Shown here in pieces: positions 17,374 through 26,665 of a DNA stretch of 64,000 nt. Source of the DNA: Candidatus Wolfebacteria bacterium RIFOXYB1_FULL_54_12 (GTDB taxonomy: Bacteria; Patescibacteriota; Minisyncoccia; UBA6257; UBA9933). The first letter of the stretch is position 1. Each line of letters opens with the position of its first letter. The DNA is taken from the NCBI GenBank assembly GCA_001793895.1, contig MGIT01000001.1, positions 106,508 through 170,507 on the forward strand. The letters run 5' to 3'. The translations under genes were made by a program, and so were the position numbers. The notes under the pieces are model-generated. The model ran no database searches. It saw nothing but the letters and a program-made list of their open reading frames with translations, and was not told the DNA's origin.

Positions 17374-19170
17374 CTATTTAGTTGCACTGATTTTAACCCC
17401 TAATTCCGCATACGGCGCCCGCACGGTTATCTTTCCAGTCTTTGGGTCGCGAAGCACGGAATAGCCACTCATTGTTGCCGTTCCCCTGCTCGGGTCCCGC
17501 GGCAATGCGCGCAGATACCACGGCGCAAGGCAAGACTCGATGGCATATCCGCTCGTACCCAGAACCTTTGCAGTCGTCGGCAACGGTCCGGCAGAACAAG
17601 TAAATGCGCCGTCGTTATCGGCTTCGTTTTTCTTGATGGCGTTGGTGATCGCTTCGACATCAAAACTCCTGCGGGCGTTGCGCTCCAGCGCGGTCTTCGG
17701 CGCGGGGATGCGCGCATCGCCGCCAAGCATCTGCGTGAACAACGATTGCAAAGCGCTATCGATCGATCGCGCATCTTCCGGAGGGAAAATGTCCACAGGC
17801 TTATCGAAGCTGTTACCGGTAAGCGTTACCAGAACGCTCGCACTGCGCGCGCTGTCTTGCGGATCAATCGCAATGTGCATCTGCACTTTGCGTGGCGCCC
17901 CGCCAAGTTTCCCGATCCACACGTGCAAATCATCAATGGCGACGTTGGATAGCATGTCTCGCGCTTCCGGTGAACCATTTTTTTCAAGCCAACGAATAAA
18001 AGCTTCCTTATCGAACGCAAGCACATAGTGCCGCGATGAAACACCGTCAATGACCTCGTCTGCCAATGTACTTTGCACGGTCAAAAATCGATGTTCTTTC
18101 CATGCGGCAATACTCGTACTGCGCTCCTGCTTTGAAAGCCACGGCACAAGCCCACTCGCAGGATCCGTAGGTGATCCAAACTGTTCATGCGCATCTTTGT
18201 CCGACACCATGAACCACTGTTGCTGCAATGCGCTCAAGTTGAGAAACCCAAGGCTGGGCATGGCCGTTATATTTACATAACTGACCCGGTCGATATTGTT
18301 ATAAATAAATCCAAGCGTCGCTTCGCCCACGGCCCACTTGTCCATGGTCGATACGGCGGTAAAGGCCAACCGAGGATCGCCTTCTTGCGTTCCGTCAAAA
18401 GAACCGACGATATTTGATGTAAGCGTCGCCGGCCCATCAGCGGCAAACATGCTCACGAACGGCCCTGCGGCTCCCGTCGTTGCGACCAAGCCGGTCTTTG
18501 CATTTGCCATTTCCACCACGATCTCGCTCGCGAACGTAAACGATTCCACGCTATGCAATCGCGACATAGCCCGATCGATATCCCGCTCGGGCGATATGAA
18601 ATAGGCGGCATAAGCAAACCAAATACCCAGCGCCAATACCGCAATGCCAACGATCGCAATGGCGGTAAATGTAATGATTTTTTTCTTGTTGCGAATTTCG
18701 GAAACAGGTTTTTCTGCAACAGCGGAAGCGGTTGCTTTAAAAACAGAGGCTAACGGAGGTTGCTGTATTCCATTGGCAACGGCAAACGGAACGGTAGGCT
18801 GCAAAGGTGGCACAGGGCGGACCACGCCATGCGCTTCCGTGCGTGCAGGCGCAGGCTCAGGCGACGGCACCGTCGGCTTTGTAATAGGAGCAACCGGGAC
18901 TGCTTCTTGTACCACAGGAACAATCGGTCCGGGAGCTGGCGCTGGTTTAGGTGCCGGAGTCGGCTCGGCAACGATCTCAGGGGTTGGGATGGGATCAGCA
19001 ACCACTTCCTTACGCGCCATGCCCGTAACTCCGGGCGATACCAGTTCAAATATCTCGCGTATTTCTGCTTCATCGGTTCCCCTCCTACGCAAAAACTCGC
19101 GGACTTCCGCTTCACTCACCCCTCCACCCAATTGGTTTTTCACCACTTCAATAAGCGCCTGTTGTATCAT
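17374..19170 (-). CDS. Large membrane-anchored hypothetical protein
   Basis: 598 aa. An N-terminal domain shared with 16900..17235, a Pro-rich linker, one TM, then a large extracytoplasmic domain. Confidence 0.45.
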   Translation of the reverse strand: MIQQALIEVVKNQLGGGVSEAEVREFLRRRGTDEAEIREIFELVSPGVTGMARKEVVADPIPTPEIVAEPTPAPKPAPAPGPIVPVVQEAVPVAPITKPTVPSPEPAPARTEAHGVVRPVPPLQPTVPFAVANGIQQPPLASVFKATASAVAEKPVSEIRNKKKIITFTAIAIVGIAVLALGIWFAYAAYFISPERDIDRAMSRLHSVESFTFASEIVVEMANAKTGLVATTGAAGPFVSMFAADGPATLTSNIVGSFDGTQEGDPRLAFTAVSTMDKWAVGEATLGFIYNNIDRVSYVNITAMPSLGFLNLSALQQQWFMVSDKDAHEQFGSPTDPASGLVPWLSKQERSTSIAAWKEHRFLTVQSTLADEVIDGVSSRHYVLAFDKEAFIRWLEKNGSPEARDMLSNVAIDDLHVWIGKLGGAPRKVQMHIAIDPQDSARSASVLVTLTGNSFDKPVDIFPPEDARSIDSALQSLFTQMLGGDARIPAPKTALERNARRSFDVEAITNAIKKNEADNDGAFTCSAGPLPTTAKVLGTSGYAIESCLAPWYLRALPRDPSRGTATMSGYSVLRDPKTGKITVRAPYAELGVKISATK

Positions 19171-19228
19171 GCCTGCTCAAAAAATAACTATACACTAAGT
19201 ATATCCGACAACGCCCAACAAAACAAAA

Positions 19229-19260
19229 ACCATGCATTAAAATGCATGGTTTTTGTTTTT
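19229..19260. terminator. Intrinsic terminator hairpin (copy 1 of a duplicated terminator)
   Basis: ACCATGCATTaaAATGCATGGTttttgttttt. A near-identical copy lies at 21898-21930. Confidence 0.6.
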
Positions 19261-19408
19261 GTGGTGTTTGTTTGAAAAAGTCAGAACCCATTTTGAGAAA
19301 GATCCCTAACCGCTCCGCTCGGGGTGCGGCGGAAAAAGAAAAAAAAAATTAGGGAGGCGGGAAGAATCCCGCGCCGTCCGAGTTAAAAAATTGGCACTGG
19401 GCGAATTT

Positions 19409-21829
19409 CTAATAAGTCGAATAGGCGTAGTCAAACACGGCATGAGCTACTGTCTCTAAACTTTTAGCACTACATTTATCGAGCGTATCGCCAGTCGTAT
19501 GATATGGCGGGTATTCAAAATCAATCAACAGGAAACTCGGAATTCCAGCTCGATTGAGCGGGGTGTGATCATCTTGGACACTTTGCCCAACCTTATCTTG
19601 AAAAACGTGGCTGTCCACTTTTTGCGCAATACTCCAAAATGCGTCCGCTTGAGACTGGGCATTTTGCACGGATGATTGCTCCTTGTAAATTCTCAAGTCT
19701 TTATCGCACACCATATCAAGAACAAGTGCGGATACCGGTATATTATTCCCATAAAGTTCGCTCAAATGTTCGGAAAAATAAGTAGAACCGAGAGGTCTCC
19801 AATTGCTATAATCACTGCCTTGATTTATATCTCCCTCTTCTCCATCAAAGAAAACGATGTCCACGCCAACACTCGGTATCACATGAGAATTGCCGAGTAT
19901 CCGCGCTAATTCCACAAGGACGGCAACACCCGAAGCAGAGTCGTTGCCCCCTGGCACTGGTTGATCTTTGTATACGTGATCCTTATCCGCAAGTTTTTTA
20001 CTGTCATAATGTGTCGCTAAAATAATGCGCCGTTCTTGGGTTGGGTATAGACGGCCTATGATATTCGATAATTTATGGATTTTACCGTCTGTCCCTTTGT
20101 AATCCCACGATTGTGTAATTACTTCGTTGGTTTGTTCTTTCATCTCCGCAATTAGAAATTTCTGCACGTTTTCATGCCCGGGTGCGCTCATGTGGCGCGG
20201 CCCATACCTTAGTTGTTGGTTTATCACGGCAAGCATTTCGTTGCCATCAATAAACGGTTTTTCCTTAAAAGTACGCCGGAGAACTTCGGACGTTAAGTAC
20301 TCAACCGGAGAAAAATTGTCGGTGAGAATTGGGTATGGAGACAAATTAAATCTGTCCAAGTTGATAACTTTATTTCGAAGCGAGCTAATGATTGAGTTCT
20401 CATTTTGCAGAATTGAAGCCGCGCTCAAATCAATTTTTTTATTACCATTCCATCCAACCAAAATAATATTTTGGGAATCTGTTTTTCCGGGAGTTTCAAC
20501 CGCAAAAAAATAACTATTTGGAAAAACACTTTGAAAAGTTTTTATCTCCGCAAAAATAAGAGATGGCTCTTGTCTTGATAAATCTCCGATTAAATTAGCG
20601 ATAAACAATCCATCGTCAGATAATTTCTCTTTTGCGATGGTAAAAAATTCCTGCGTTGTAAAGTGAGCAGGAATGGAAAAAAGAGAATGGTACGCATCGC
20701 TAAATATAAAATCATATTTTTTATTCGAATCCCAAAGCAGGCGACGACCATCTTCAGTATAATTGTATAGATTTGAATTGTCTTCTACGGCAAAATATTC
20801 TTTTGCTAATGCCAATAACGATGGTTCAATTTCTGAAACATCGAGTGTCGCGTTTGGCAACTCCGCTAAAAGGGCCTTCGGTATAGAATATGCGCCACCG
20901 CCTATAACTAAAGCATTTCGTACGTCCGGCTTGAAAACTTTGTAGAGAGAATAGTATTTCGTGTATTCATAAACGAGATCGGCCGGGTTATCCGAATCGA
21001 GAAACATCGCACCGGAACCACTCCGATCCTGTTGAAAAAATCTTGTCGGCCTGCTTTCAAACATACCATCGTAGATGGTGATTTTTTCGTAAATACCATC
21101 TTTGCTGTACAATACATCGCCTTTTGTTTGCTGAACCGCAACAATGGTAATAAGGGCTAAAGTGACAACGGCAACCAAAGACTGGGTTAGGCGTTTTTTG
21201 TCAAAACCAAATACCGTAAGTGGGATAAATCCGAGAAGGAAGAGAACAACTCCTGTGGCAATAAAAATATGGTCTATGCCAAAATTAGGTATAAGCACAA
21301 AACCCGCAAGTAGACTGCCAATGATACTCCCCAGAGTAGACCAAAAAAATATTTTACCCGAAACACTTCCCACTCCCTGCTCTGGTGCTTGAAGACTCTG
21401 TAATTTTATAGCATAGGGCGACAAAGTGCCGAGCAATAACGCAGGAACAAGGAACAGCAGCAAAGAAGAGATCAGTGGTCCGCTTGTAAGTGAAAGATTT
21501 TTGCTTAAAATTGGAAGAATTATCAAACCAAAAAAATGAAATACAAGGACAAGAAGACCGCTTACGAGAATTATCCCGAAGAACCACCGTAACGATGGGT
21601 GACGATCTGCAAATTTTCCGCCCACATAATATCCTATGCTAAGAGCTGCGAGTATAACACTTATTATACTTGATACAGTAAAAATTGTGTTTCCATAGTG
21701 AGGCGAAAGGACACGGACGGCAACGACTTCAATAATCAAAACACACGCCCCAGTGATAAATACTGAGATTGGCAGCAAATTTTGCTTTAAAAATTTGTTC
21801 ATGTATTTAATCATGGTAGCAGTTTGCAT
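19409..21829 (-). CDS. Fusion protein of three parts: a polytopic membrane domain, a spermidine-synthase-like (PABS-fold) domain and an M28-family peptidase domain
   Basis: About 200 aa of N-terminal TM helices. The PABS-like core (LVIGGGAYSIPKALL...DAYHSLFSIPAHFTTQEFF...DDGLFIANL). C-terminal M28 motifs (HYDS...GGNDSASGVAVLVELARIL...DIVFFDGEEG). Confidence 0.55.
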   Translation of the reverse strand: MQTATMIKYMNKFLKQNLLPISVFITGACVLIIEVVAVRVLSPHYGNTIFTVSSIISVILAALSIGYYVGGKFADRHPSLRWFFGIILVSGLLVLVFHFFGLIILPILSKNLSLTSGPLISSLLLFLVPALLLGTLSPYAIKLQSLQAPEQGVGSVSGKIFFWSTLGSIIGSLLAGFVLIPNFGIDHIFIATGVVLFLLGFIPLTVFGFDKKRLTQSLVAVVTLALITIVAVQQTKGDVLYSKDGIYEKITIYDGMFESRPTRFFQQDRSGSGAMFLDSDNPADLVYEYTKYYSLYKVFKPDVRNALVIGGGAYSIPKALLAELPNATLDVSEIEPSLLALAKEYFAVEDNSNLYNYTEDGRRLLWDSNKKYDFIFSDAYHSLFSIPAHFTTQEFFTIAKEKLSDDGLFIANLIGDLSRQEPSLIFAEIKTFQSVFPNSYFFAVETPGKTDSQNIILVGWNGNKKIDLSAASILQNENSIISSLRNKVINLDRFNLSPYPILTDNFSPVEYLTSEVLRRTFKEKPFIDGNEMLAVINQQLRYGPRHMSAPGHENVQKFLIAEMKEQTNEVITQSWDYKGTDGKIHKLSNIIGRLYPTQERRIILATHYDSKKLADKDHVYKDQPVPGGNDSASGVAVLVELARILGNSHVIPSVGVDIVFFDGEEGDINQGSDYSNWRPLGSTYFSEHLSELYGNNIPVSALVLDMVCDKDLRIYKEQSSVQNAQSQADAFWSIAQKVDSHVFQDKVGQSVQDDHTPLNRAGIPSFLLIDFEYPPYHTTGDTLDKCSAKSLETVAHAVFDYAYSTY

Positions 21830-21897
21830 ATGATTAGTCTATCCGCCATTGTATTTTTTAAGCGAGGACTATTTTCAAAATATTTCACAAAAACAAA

Positions 21898-21930
21898 GAC
21901 CACGCATTTTAATGCATGGTTTTTGTTTTT
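21898..21930. terminator. Intrinsic terminator hairpin (copy 2), abutting the tRNA-Ala 3' end
   Basis: ACCACGCATTttAATGCATGGTttttgtttttgtgg. Confidence 0.55.
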
Positions 21931-21931
21931 G

Positions 21932-22002
21932 TGGACCTAGGCGGAATCGGACCGCCGTCTCAGCAATGCGAATGCCGTGTTCTACCACTAGACTATAGGC
22001 CC
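21932..22002 (-). tRNA. tRNA-Ala (anticodon CGC)
   Basis: Reverse complement GGGCCTATAGTCTAGTGGTAGAACACGGCATTCGCATTGCTGAGACGGCGGTCCGATTCCGCCTAGGTCCA. A G3:U70 identity pair, A73, anticodon loop TTCGCAT. One D-stem mismatch and C55 in the T-loop lower confidence. Confidence 0.65.
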
Positions 22003-22059
22003 TTTTATTAGCCTTTTTATTATAGGGATATTGGGGTAAAAATCAACCGGATTGTCATA

Positions 22060-22185
22060 TACCGGCGTCCGCCCGCAACGATGTAGCAACTTCTGGCGGG
22101 GAGGCCGGAATCCGGTAGTATATTTCCACAAAGACACTTAGTACTCTGGATCCCGATTTTCATCGGGATGACAATACAAAAACTT
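22060..22185. repeat. Palindromic hairpin repeats
   Basis: Sequence ggccggaatccgg ... ggatcccgattttcatcgggatgacaatac. Confidence 0.7.
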
Positions 22186-22188
22186 GGT

Positions 22189-23457
22189 TTATTCGGGAAT
22201 TTCAACAAAATGGTAATTCTTCTTACCGCGCTTCACGATGATATATGTATTAAACAGGATATCGTCGTTACTCAATAGGGCGTCAACATCGGATATTTTC
22301 TTTCCGCTTATTTCAATCGCTCCGGATTCGATATCTTCCCGTGCCTGTCGCTTCGACAGCGGCGTCTTCCATGCAAGCGACGCGAGAAAATCGACGACGG
22401 TCATATCTTTGATGCTTGCGGCATCAATCTTTTGTACGGCAACATTCCCGACGAACAATGCTTCGCATTTCTTTTTGTCCGTCACAATCTCCGAAATATC
22501 TCCGCCAAACAGCGCCTCGGAAATATTCTGTGCCTGCTTCAGCGCTTCTTTCCCATGCACGAATTCCGTCACCGCTTCCGCAAGCGCCTTGTGTGCTTCG
22601 CGCTTCTCGGGTGCGGCCTGCAACGATCGTTCCAGTTCTGCAATTTCTTCAAGCGTCAAAAATGTATAGTATTTCAAAAATTTCACCACATCGGCGTCGT
22701 CAACATTCAACCAAAATTGGTAAAAATGATAGGGCGAGGTCAATGTCGCGTCGAGCCAAACAGCTCCCCCTTCGCTCTTGCCCATCTTCTTTCCGTCTGC
22801 CTTTGTGACGAGCGGCATGGTCAAGCCATACACTTCTTTGTGCAACGCCTTGCGAACCAACTCGATGCCCGCGGTAATATTTCCCCACTGGTCGGAACCG
22901 CCGATCTGCAATGCCACTTCGCGCGATTCATGCAGTTTCAAAAAATCATACGCCTGCAACAACATGTAGCTGAACTCGGTGAACGAGATGCCCGTTTCCA
23001 ATCGGCTCTTTACCGATTCCTTGGCAAGCATTTCATTGACGGTAAAATATTTTCCCGCATCGCGCAAAAAATCAACAAGCGGCATTTGCCCGAGCCAATC
23101 GTAATTGTTCACATATTGCGCATGTTTGAAATTAAATTGTCCGATTTGCTTTTCCAACCCGGCAGTCATCGATTCCACAACATCGCTTGTGTTAAGCGTA
23201 CGCTCCTGTGCCTTTCCGCTCGGGTCGCCGATCAGGCCCGTGGCCCCGCCCACCAGCATCACCGGCACCATGCCGGCATCCTCAAGCCGCTTGGCAAATA
23301 CGATACCCAAAAGACTGCCCACATGCAGGCTCGCCGCCGTCGGGTCGAAACCCATGTAAAACAGCCCGCCTTTGCGGTCTACGAGCGCCCGGAGCGCTTC
23401 TTCGTTGGATACCTGATAGATCAGTCCTCGTTCCTTTAATTCATCCAAAATATGCAT
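22189..23457 (-). CDS. tyrS: Tyrosine--tRNA ligase
   Basis: HIGH-type motif (DPTAASLHVGS). KMSKS (KMGKS). A C-terminal S4-like domain. 422 aa. Confidence 0.9.
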   Translation of the reverse strand: MHILDELKERGLIYQVSNEEALRALVDRKGGLFYMGFDPTAASLHVGSLLGIVFAKRLEDAGMVPVMLVGGATGLIGDPSGKAQERTLNTSDVVESMTAGLEKQIGQFNFKHAQYVNNYDWLGQMPLVDFLRDAGKYFTVNEMLAKESVKSRLETGISFTEFSYMLLQAYDFLKLHESREVALQIGGSDQWGNITAGIELVRKALHKEVYGLTMPLVTKADGKKMGKSEGGAVWLDATLTSPYHFYQFWLNVDDADVVKFLKYYTFLTLEEIAELERSLQAAPEKREAHKALAEAVTEFVHGKEALKQAQNISEALFGGDISEIVTDKKKCEALFVGNVAVQKIDAASIKDMTVVDFLASLAWKTPLSKRQAREDIESGAIEISGKKISDVDALLSNDDILFNTYIIVKRGKKNYHFVEIPE

Positions 23458-23498
23458 ATGTGTGTATTGTATCGCAAAAGGCCGGCCTTATGAAAGGG

Positions 23499-24440
23499 TT
23501 ACGGCACGATGCGGATTTCCTCCTCCAAAACGATCCCATACCGCCCAAGAGCCTTCTTTTTGGCGAGCTTGATCAAGCCGATAACATCGGCAAAGGTGGC
23601 CCGGTTTCGGTTGATGAAAAAATTGGGATGCTTTTCCGATATTTCGGCGCCGCCAATGCGCGACCCCTTCAGATCAAGCCGGTCAAGCACCGCGGCAACG
23701 GGAATCACAGGAAACGGATCCACCTTGACCACGCTGGCGAATTCTTTTCGCACCTGCGGGGTGACGGATGCGACGGGAATATTTTTGAATGTGCTTCCTG
23801 CGCTCGGATATTCGAGGGGCTGAAACCGTTCACGGTATGCGATGCATCGTTCCACTTCCGCACAAACCGCTTGCTTGTCTCCCGGCGTGGCACGCACCAC
23901 GACGCTCGCAATGATCTCGTTGCCGTTGCGCTTGAATACGCTATCGCGGTAACCAAACGCACATTCTGCGGCACTGCGAACACGGCGCTCTACCATTCCC
24001 GCTGCGCGATCATAAAAAATACTTTCCACCGAAACAACGCAGTCTTTCATTTCCCCGCCAAAGCACCCCGCATTCCCAAACACCGCACCGCCGACCGTAC
24101 CGGGCAACCCGCCTGCCCATGCAAGATCGTCGAGCCCCTGCGCCAAATGATAACGGACCGCATCCTGCATGGATGTCCCGGCGGAAATGCGCACGCCTCC
24201 CGCCTCTTTACGAATGTGCTTGTTTACATATTGCATGATCAATCCATCGTAACCCCGTTCGGAAAAAAGCATGTTCGTACCGGCTCCCAAAAAAAGAAAC
24301 GGGATACGACGCGCAAACGCCCATCGCACGGCACCGACGATATCGTGCGCGTTCTGCGGCTCGCAAAAATACCGGGCCTTTCCGCCGATCCGGTAATGCA
24401 TGCGCCGTGCAAGTGAAATGTTTCTTCGAATGGCTATCAT
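23499..24440 (-). CDS. murB: UDP-N-acetylenolpyruvoylglucosamine reductase MurB
   Basis: FAD-binding PCMH domain (FLGAGTNMLF). GGLPGTVGGAVFGNAGCFGGE. C-terminal MurB domain. Confidence 0.85.
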   Translation of the reverse strand: MIAIRRNISLARRMHYRIGGKARYFCEPQNAHDIVGAVRWAFARRIPFLFLGAGTNMLFSERGYDGLIMQYVNKHIRKEAGGVRISAGTSMQDAVRYHLAQGLDDLAWAGGLPGTVGGAVFGNAGCFGGEMKDCVVSVESIFYDRAAGMVERRVRSAAECAFGYRDSVFKRNGNEIIASVVVRATPGDKQAVCAEVERCIAYRERFQPLEYPSAGSTFKNIPVASVTPQVRKEFASVVKVDPFPVIPVAAVLDRLDLKGSRIGGAEISEKHPNFFINRNRATFADVIGLIKLAKKKALGRYGIVLEEEIRIVP

Positions 24441-26632
24441 GAGAGTTTCTTTCCGCTCCAGCGCAACAACAGCGCGTTAGCCGCAACGACCACCGTACTC
24501 AACGACATGAGCGCCGCAGAAAGGGCAGGCGAAAGCACGATCCCCTGCGAATGCAGTACGCCCGCGGCAAGTGGAATGGCAATCACATTATATCCGGTCG
24601 CCCAAAACAGGTTCTGCAACATCTTGCGATAGGTCAATCGGGACAGTTCAAATATCTTTGCCACATCGCGCGGATCGCTCTTGGCCAAAATGATCCCCGC
24701 GGATTCGATGGCCACGTTCGTACCGGCACCGATGGCGACCCCGACGTTCGCCTGCATCAATGCAGGCGCATCGTTGATGCCGTCACCGACCATGGCAACG
24801 CGATAGCCCTGTTCCTGATACTTTTTAACCTTCTCGACTTTTTCATGTGGCGATATGCGGAAAAAATATTCCTCAATGCCGAGATCTTGCGCGACCCACT
24901 CGGCAACCTCCTCGGAGTCACCCGTCATCATGATCGGCTTGATGCCGAGGCGCTTTAATGTTTCGATCGCTTCTTTTGATTCCGGGCGGATGACATCGGC
25001 AAGCGCAATGACACCGATCGGCGCGTCATCCACTACGACGTACACGATGGTCTGCCCTTTGCCCGCGAGCAATGCAACTTCTTGGCGCACTTCTTGTGGC
25101 ATTTGGTCGACGATCTTTGCCCCTACAAGCGCTTCTCCGCCCACTTCCACACGAAGCCCGCGCAATGTACCCCGCACACCCTTGCCGGGCAATCGCTCGA
25201 AGCCGGTCACCAGAAACAGTTCAATCTCGCGTTGCCGCGCTTCCGCCACGATCGCGCGGGAAACGGGATGTTCCGAAGCGGTATCAACCGAAGCGGCAAG
25301 CCGCAATATGTTTTCTTCGACACGAGATTCCACTACACCCTGCGCATCACCCTCAACAGTTTCTTTTTCAAACGGAATGATCTTGTGGACTCCATATGCA
25401 CCGGCGGTCAATGTGCCGGTCTTATCAAACAGCACCATGTCGATGGTTCGCGCGGCCTCAAGTGCAAGCCGATCTTTGACAAACAACCCGTTGCGCGAAG
25501 CAAGTGAAGTCGATATGGCGACCACCAACGGCACGGCAAGCCCAAGTGCGTGCGGACACGCCACCACCAACACTGCGACGACCCGACCCAATACGAACGA
25601 AGGGTCGGCGCCCAATGTACTCCAAACAATCGCAGTGGCCAACGCGGCAGTAATGGCGATTCCGGTCAAATAAGAAGCGGCCCTGTCGGCGAGAATCTGC
25701 ATATGCGATTTTGACATCTGCGCCTTGACGACCAAACGCATGACACCCGCCAAAAAAGTATTCCCTCCGATTTGGGTAATGCGTATGACCAACCGGCCAT
25801 CTGCATTGATGGTGCCTGCAACGACCCCGCCGTCTATCCGCTTCGCAATAGGAGCCGACTCGCCCGTGATCATGGCCTCGTTGACCTGCGATTCCCCTTC
25901 GACGACAATTCCATCTGCCGGTATTTTCCCGCCCGGCTTCACCACGACCATGTCGCCTAAGTTCAGTTCATCCAACGTCACGGTCTTGGTCTCTTTTCCT
26001 GCGACGACCTCGGCGGTATCGGGCAGCAGCGCGGCAAGCGTCTGCAACGCACGTTGCGCGGTATCGATGGAACGCATTTCTATATAATGTCCAAGCAACA
26101 TGATGGTGATCAATGTTGCAAGCTCCCAAAACAAACCATGCGGATCGCCGGTGGCAAACACATACACGCTATAGGCATACGCATTAATGATCGCAAGTGA
26201 AATGAGCGTCATCATTCCCGGAACCTTTGCGCGCAATTCACGCACGGCGCCGACAAGAAAGATCCACCCGGCATAAACAAACACAATGGACCCAAGCGCG
26301 GGCGCAAGATAACGCACGCCACGAAACACAGGCACAGAAAACCCAAATAACGTCTCAGGGAGTTCGGAATACAATACGATCGGAATGGTCAATGCAAGCG
26401 AAATCCAGAATTTTTTCAAAAATGAACCGGCGGTATGGCCGGCATGTGCATCATGCACCGGAGCCTGTTCGCCCGGCAGCGCGTGGTCAACAAACCCGCG
26501 AACGGTCAATACCATGCCGCACTTCGGACAATTGCCCGCGCGCTCGGAAGAAACATCGGGATGCATGGGGCAAGTATATTCGACTACCGGATCATTCAGG
26601 AGATCGTGGACCATATTACAGCAGTATACCAT
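24437..26632 (-). CDS. Heavy-metal translocating P1B-type ATPase (CPH-motif subtype with a His-rich N-terminus, CopB-like)
   Basis: N-terminal zinc-ribbon CPMHPD...CPKCGM. A His-rich stretch. TM CPH motif (VVACPHALGL). DKTGTLT. GDGINDAP. Confidence 0.85.
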   Translation of the reverse strand: MVYCCNMVHDLLNDPVVEYTCPMHPDVSSERAGNCPKCGMVLTVRGFVDHALPGEQAPVHDAHAGHTAGSFLKKFWISLALTIPIVLYSELPETLFGFSVPVFRGVRYLAPALGSIVFVYAGWIFLVGAVRELRAKVPGMMTLISLAIINAYAYSVYVFATGDPHGLFWELATLITIMLLGHYIEMRSIDTAQRALQTLAALLPDTAEVVAGKETKTVTLDELNLGDMVVVKPGGKIPADGIVVEGESQVNEAMITGESAPIAKRIDGGVVAGTINADGRLVIRITQIGGNTFLAGVMRLVVKAQMSKSHMQILADRAASYLTGIAITAALATAIVWSTLGADPSFVLGRVVAVLVVACPHALGLAVPLVVAISTSLASRNGLFVKDRLALEAARTIDMVLFDKTGTLTAGAYGVHKIIPFEKETVEGDAQGVVESRVEENILRLAASVDTASEHPVSRAIVAEARQREIELFLVTGFERLPGKGVRGTLRGLRVEVGGEALVGAKIVDQMPQEVRQEVALLAGKGQTIVYVVVDDAPIGVIALADVIRPESKEAIETLKRLGIKPIMMTGDSEEVAEWVAQDLGIEEYFFRISPHEKVEKVKKYQEQGYRVAMVGDGINDAPALMQANVGVAIGAGTNVAIESAGIILAKSDPRDVAKIFELSRLTYRKMLQNLFWATGYNVIAIPLAAGVLHSQGIVLSPALSAALMSLSTVVVAANALLLRWSGKKLS

Positions 26633-26665
26633 ACCGAATAAGCCCTTAAAACCGTCCCTTGTGGC

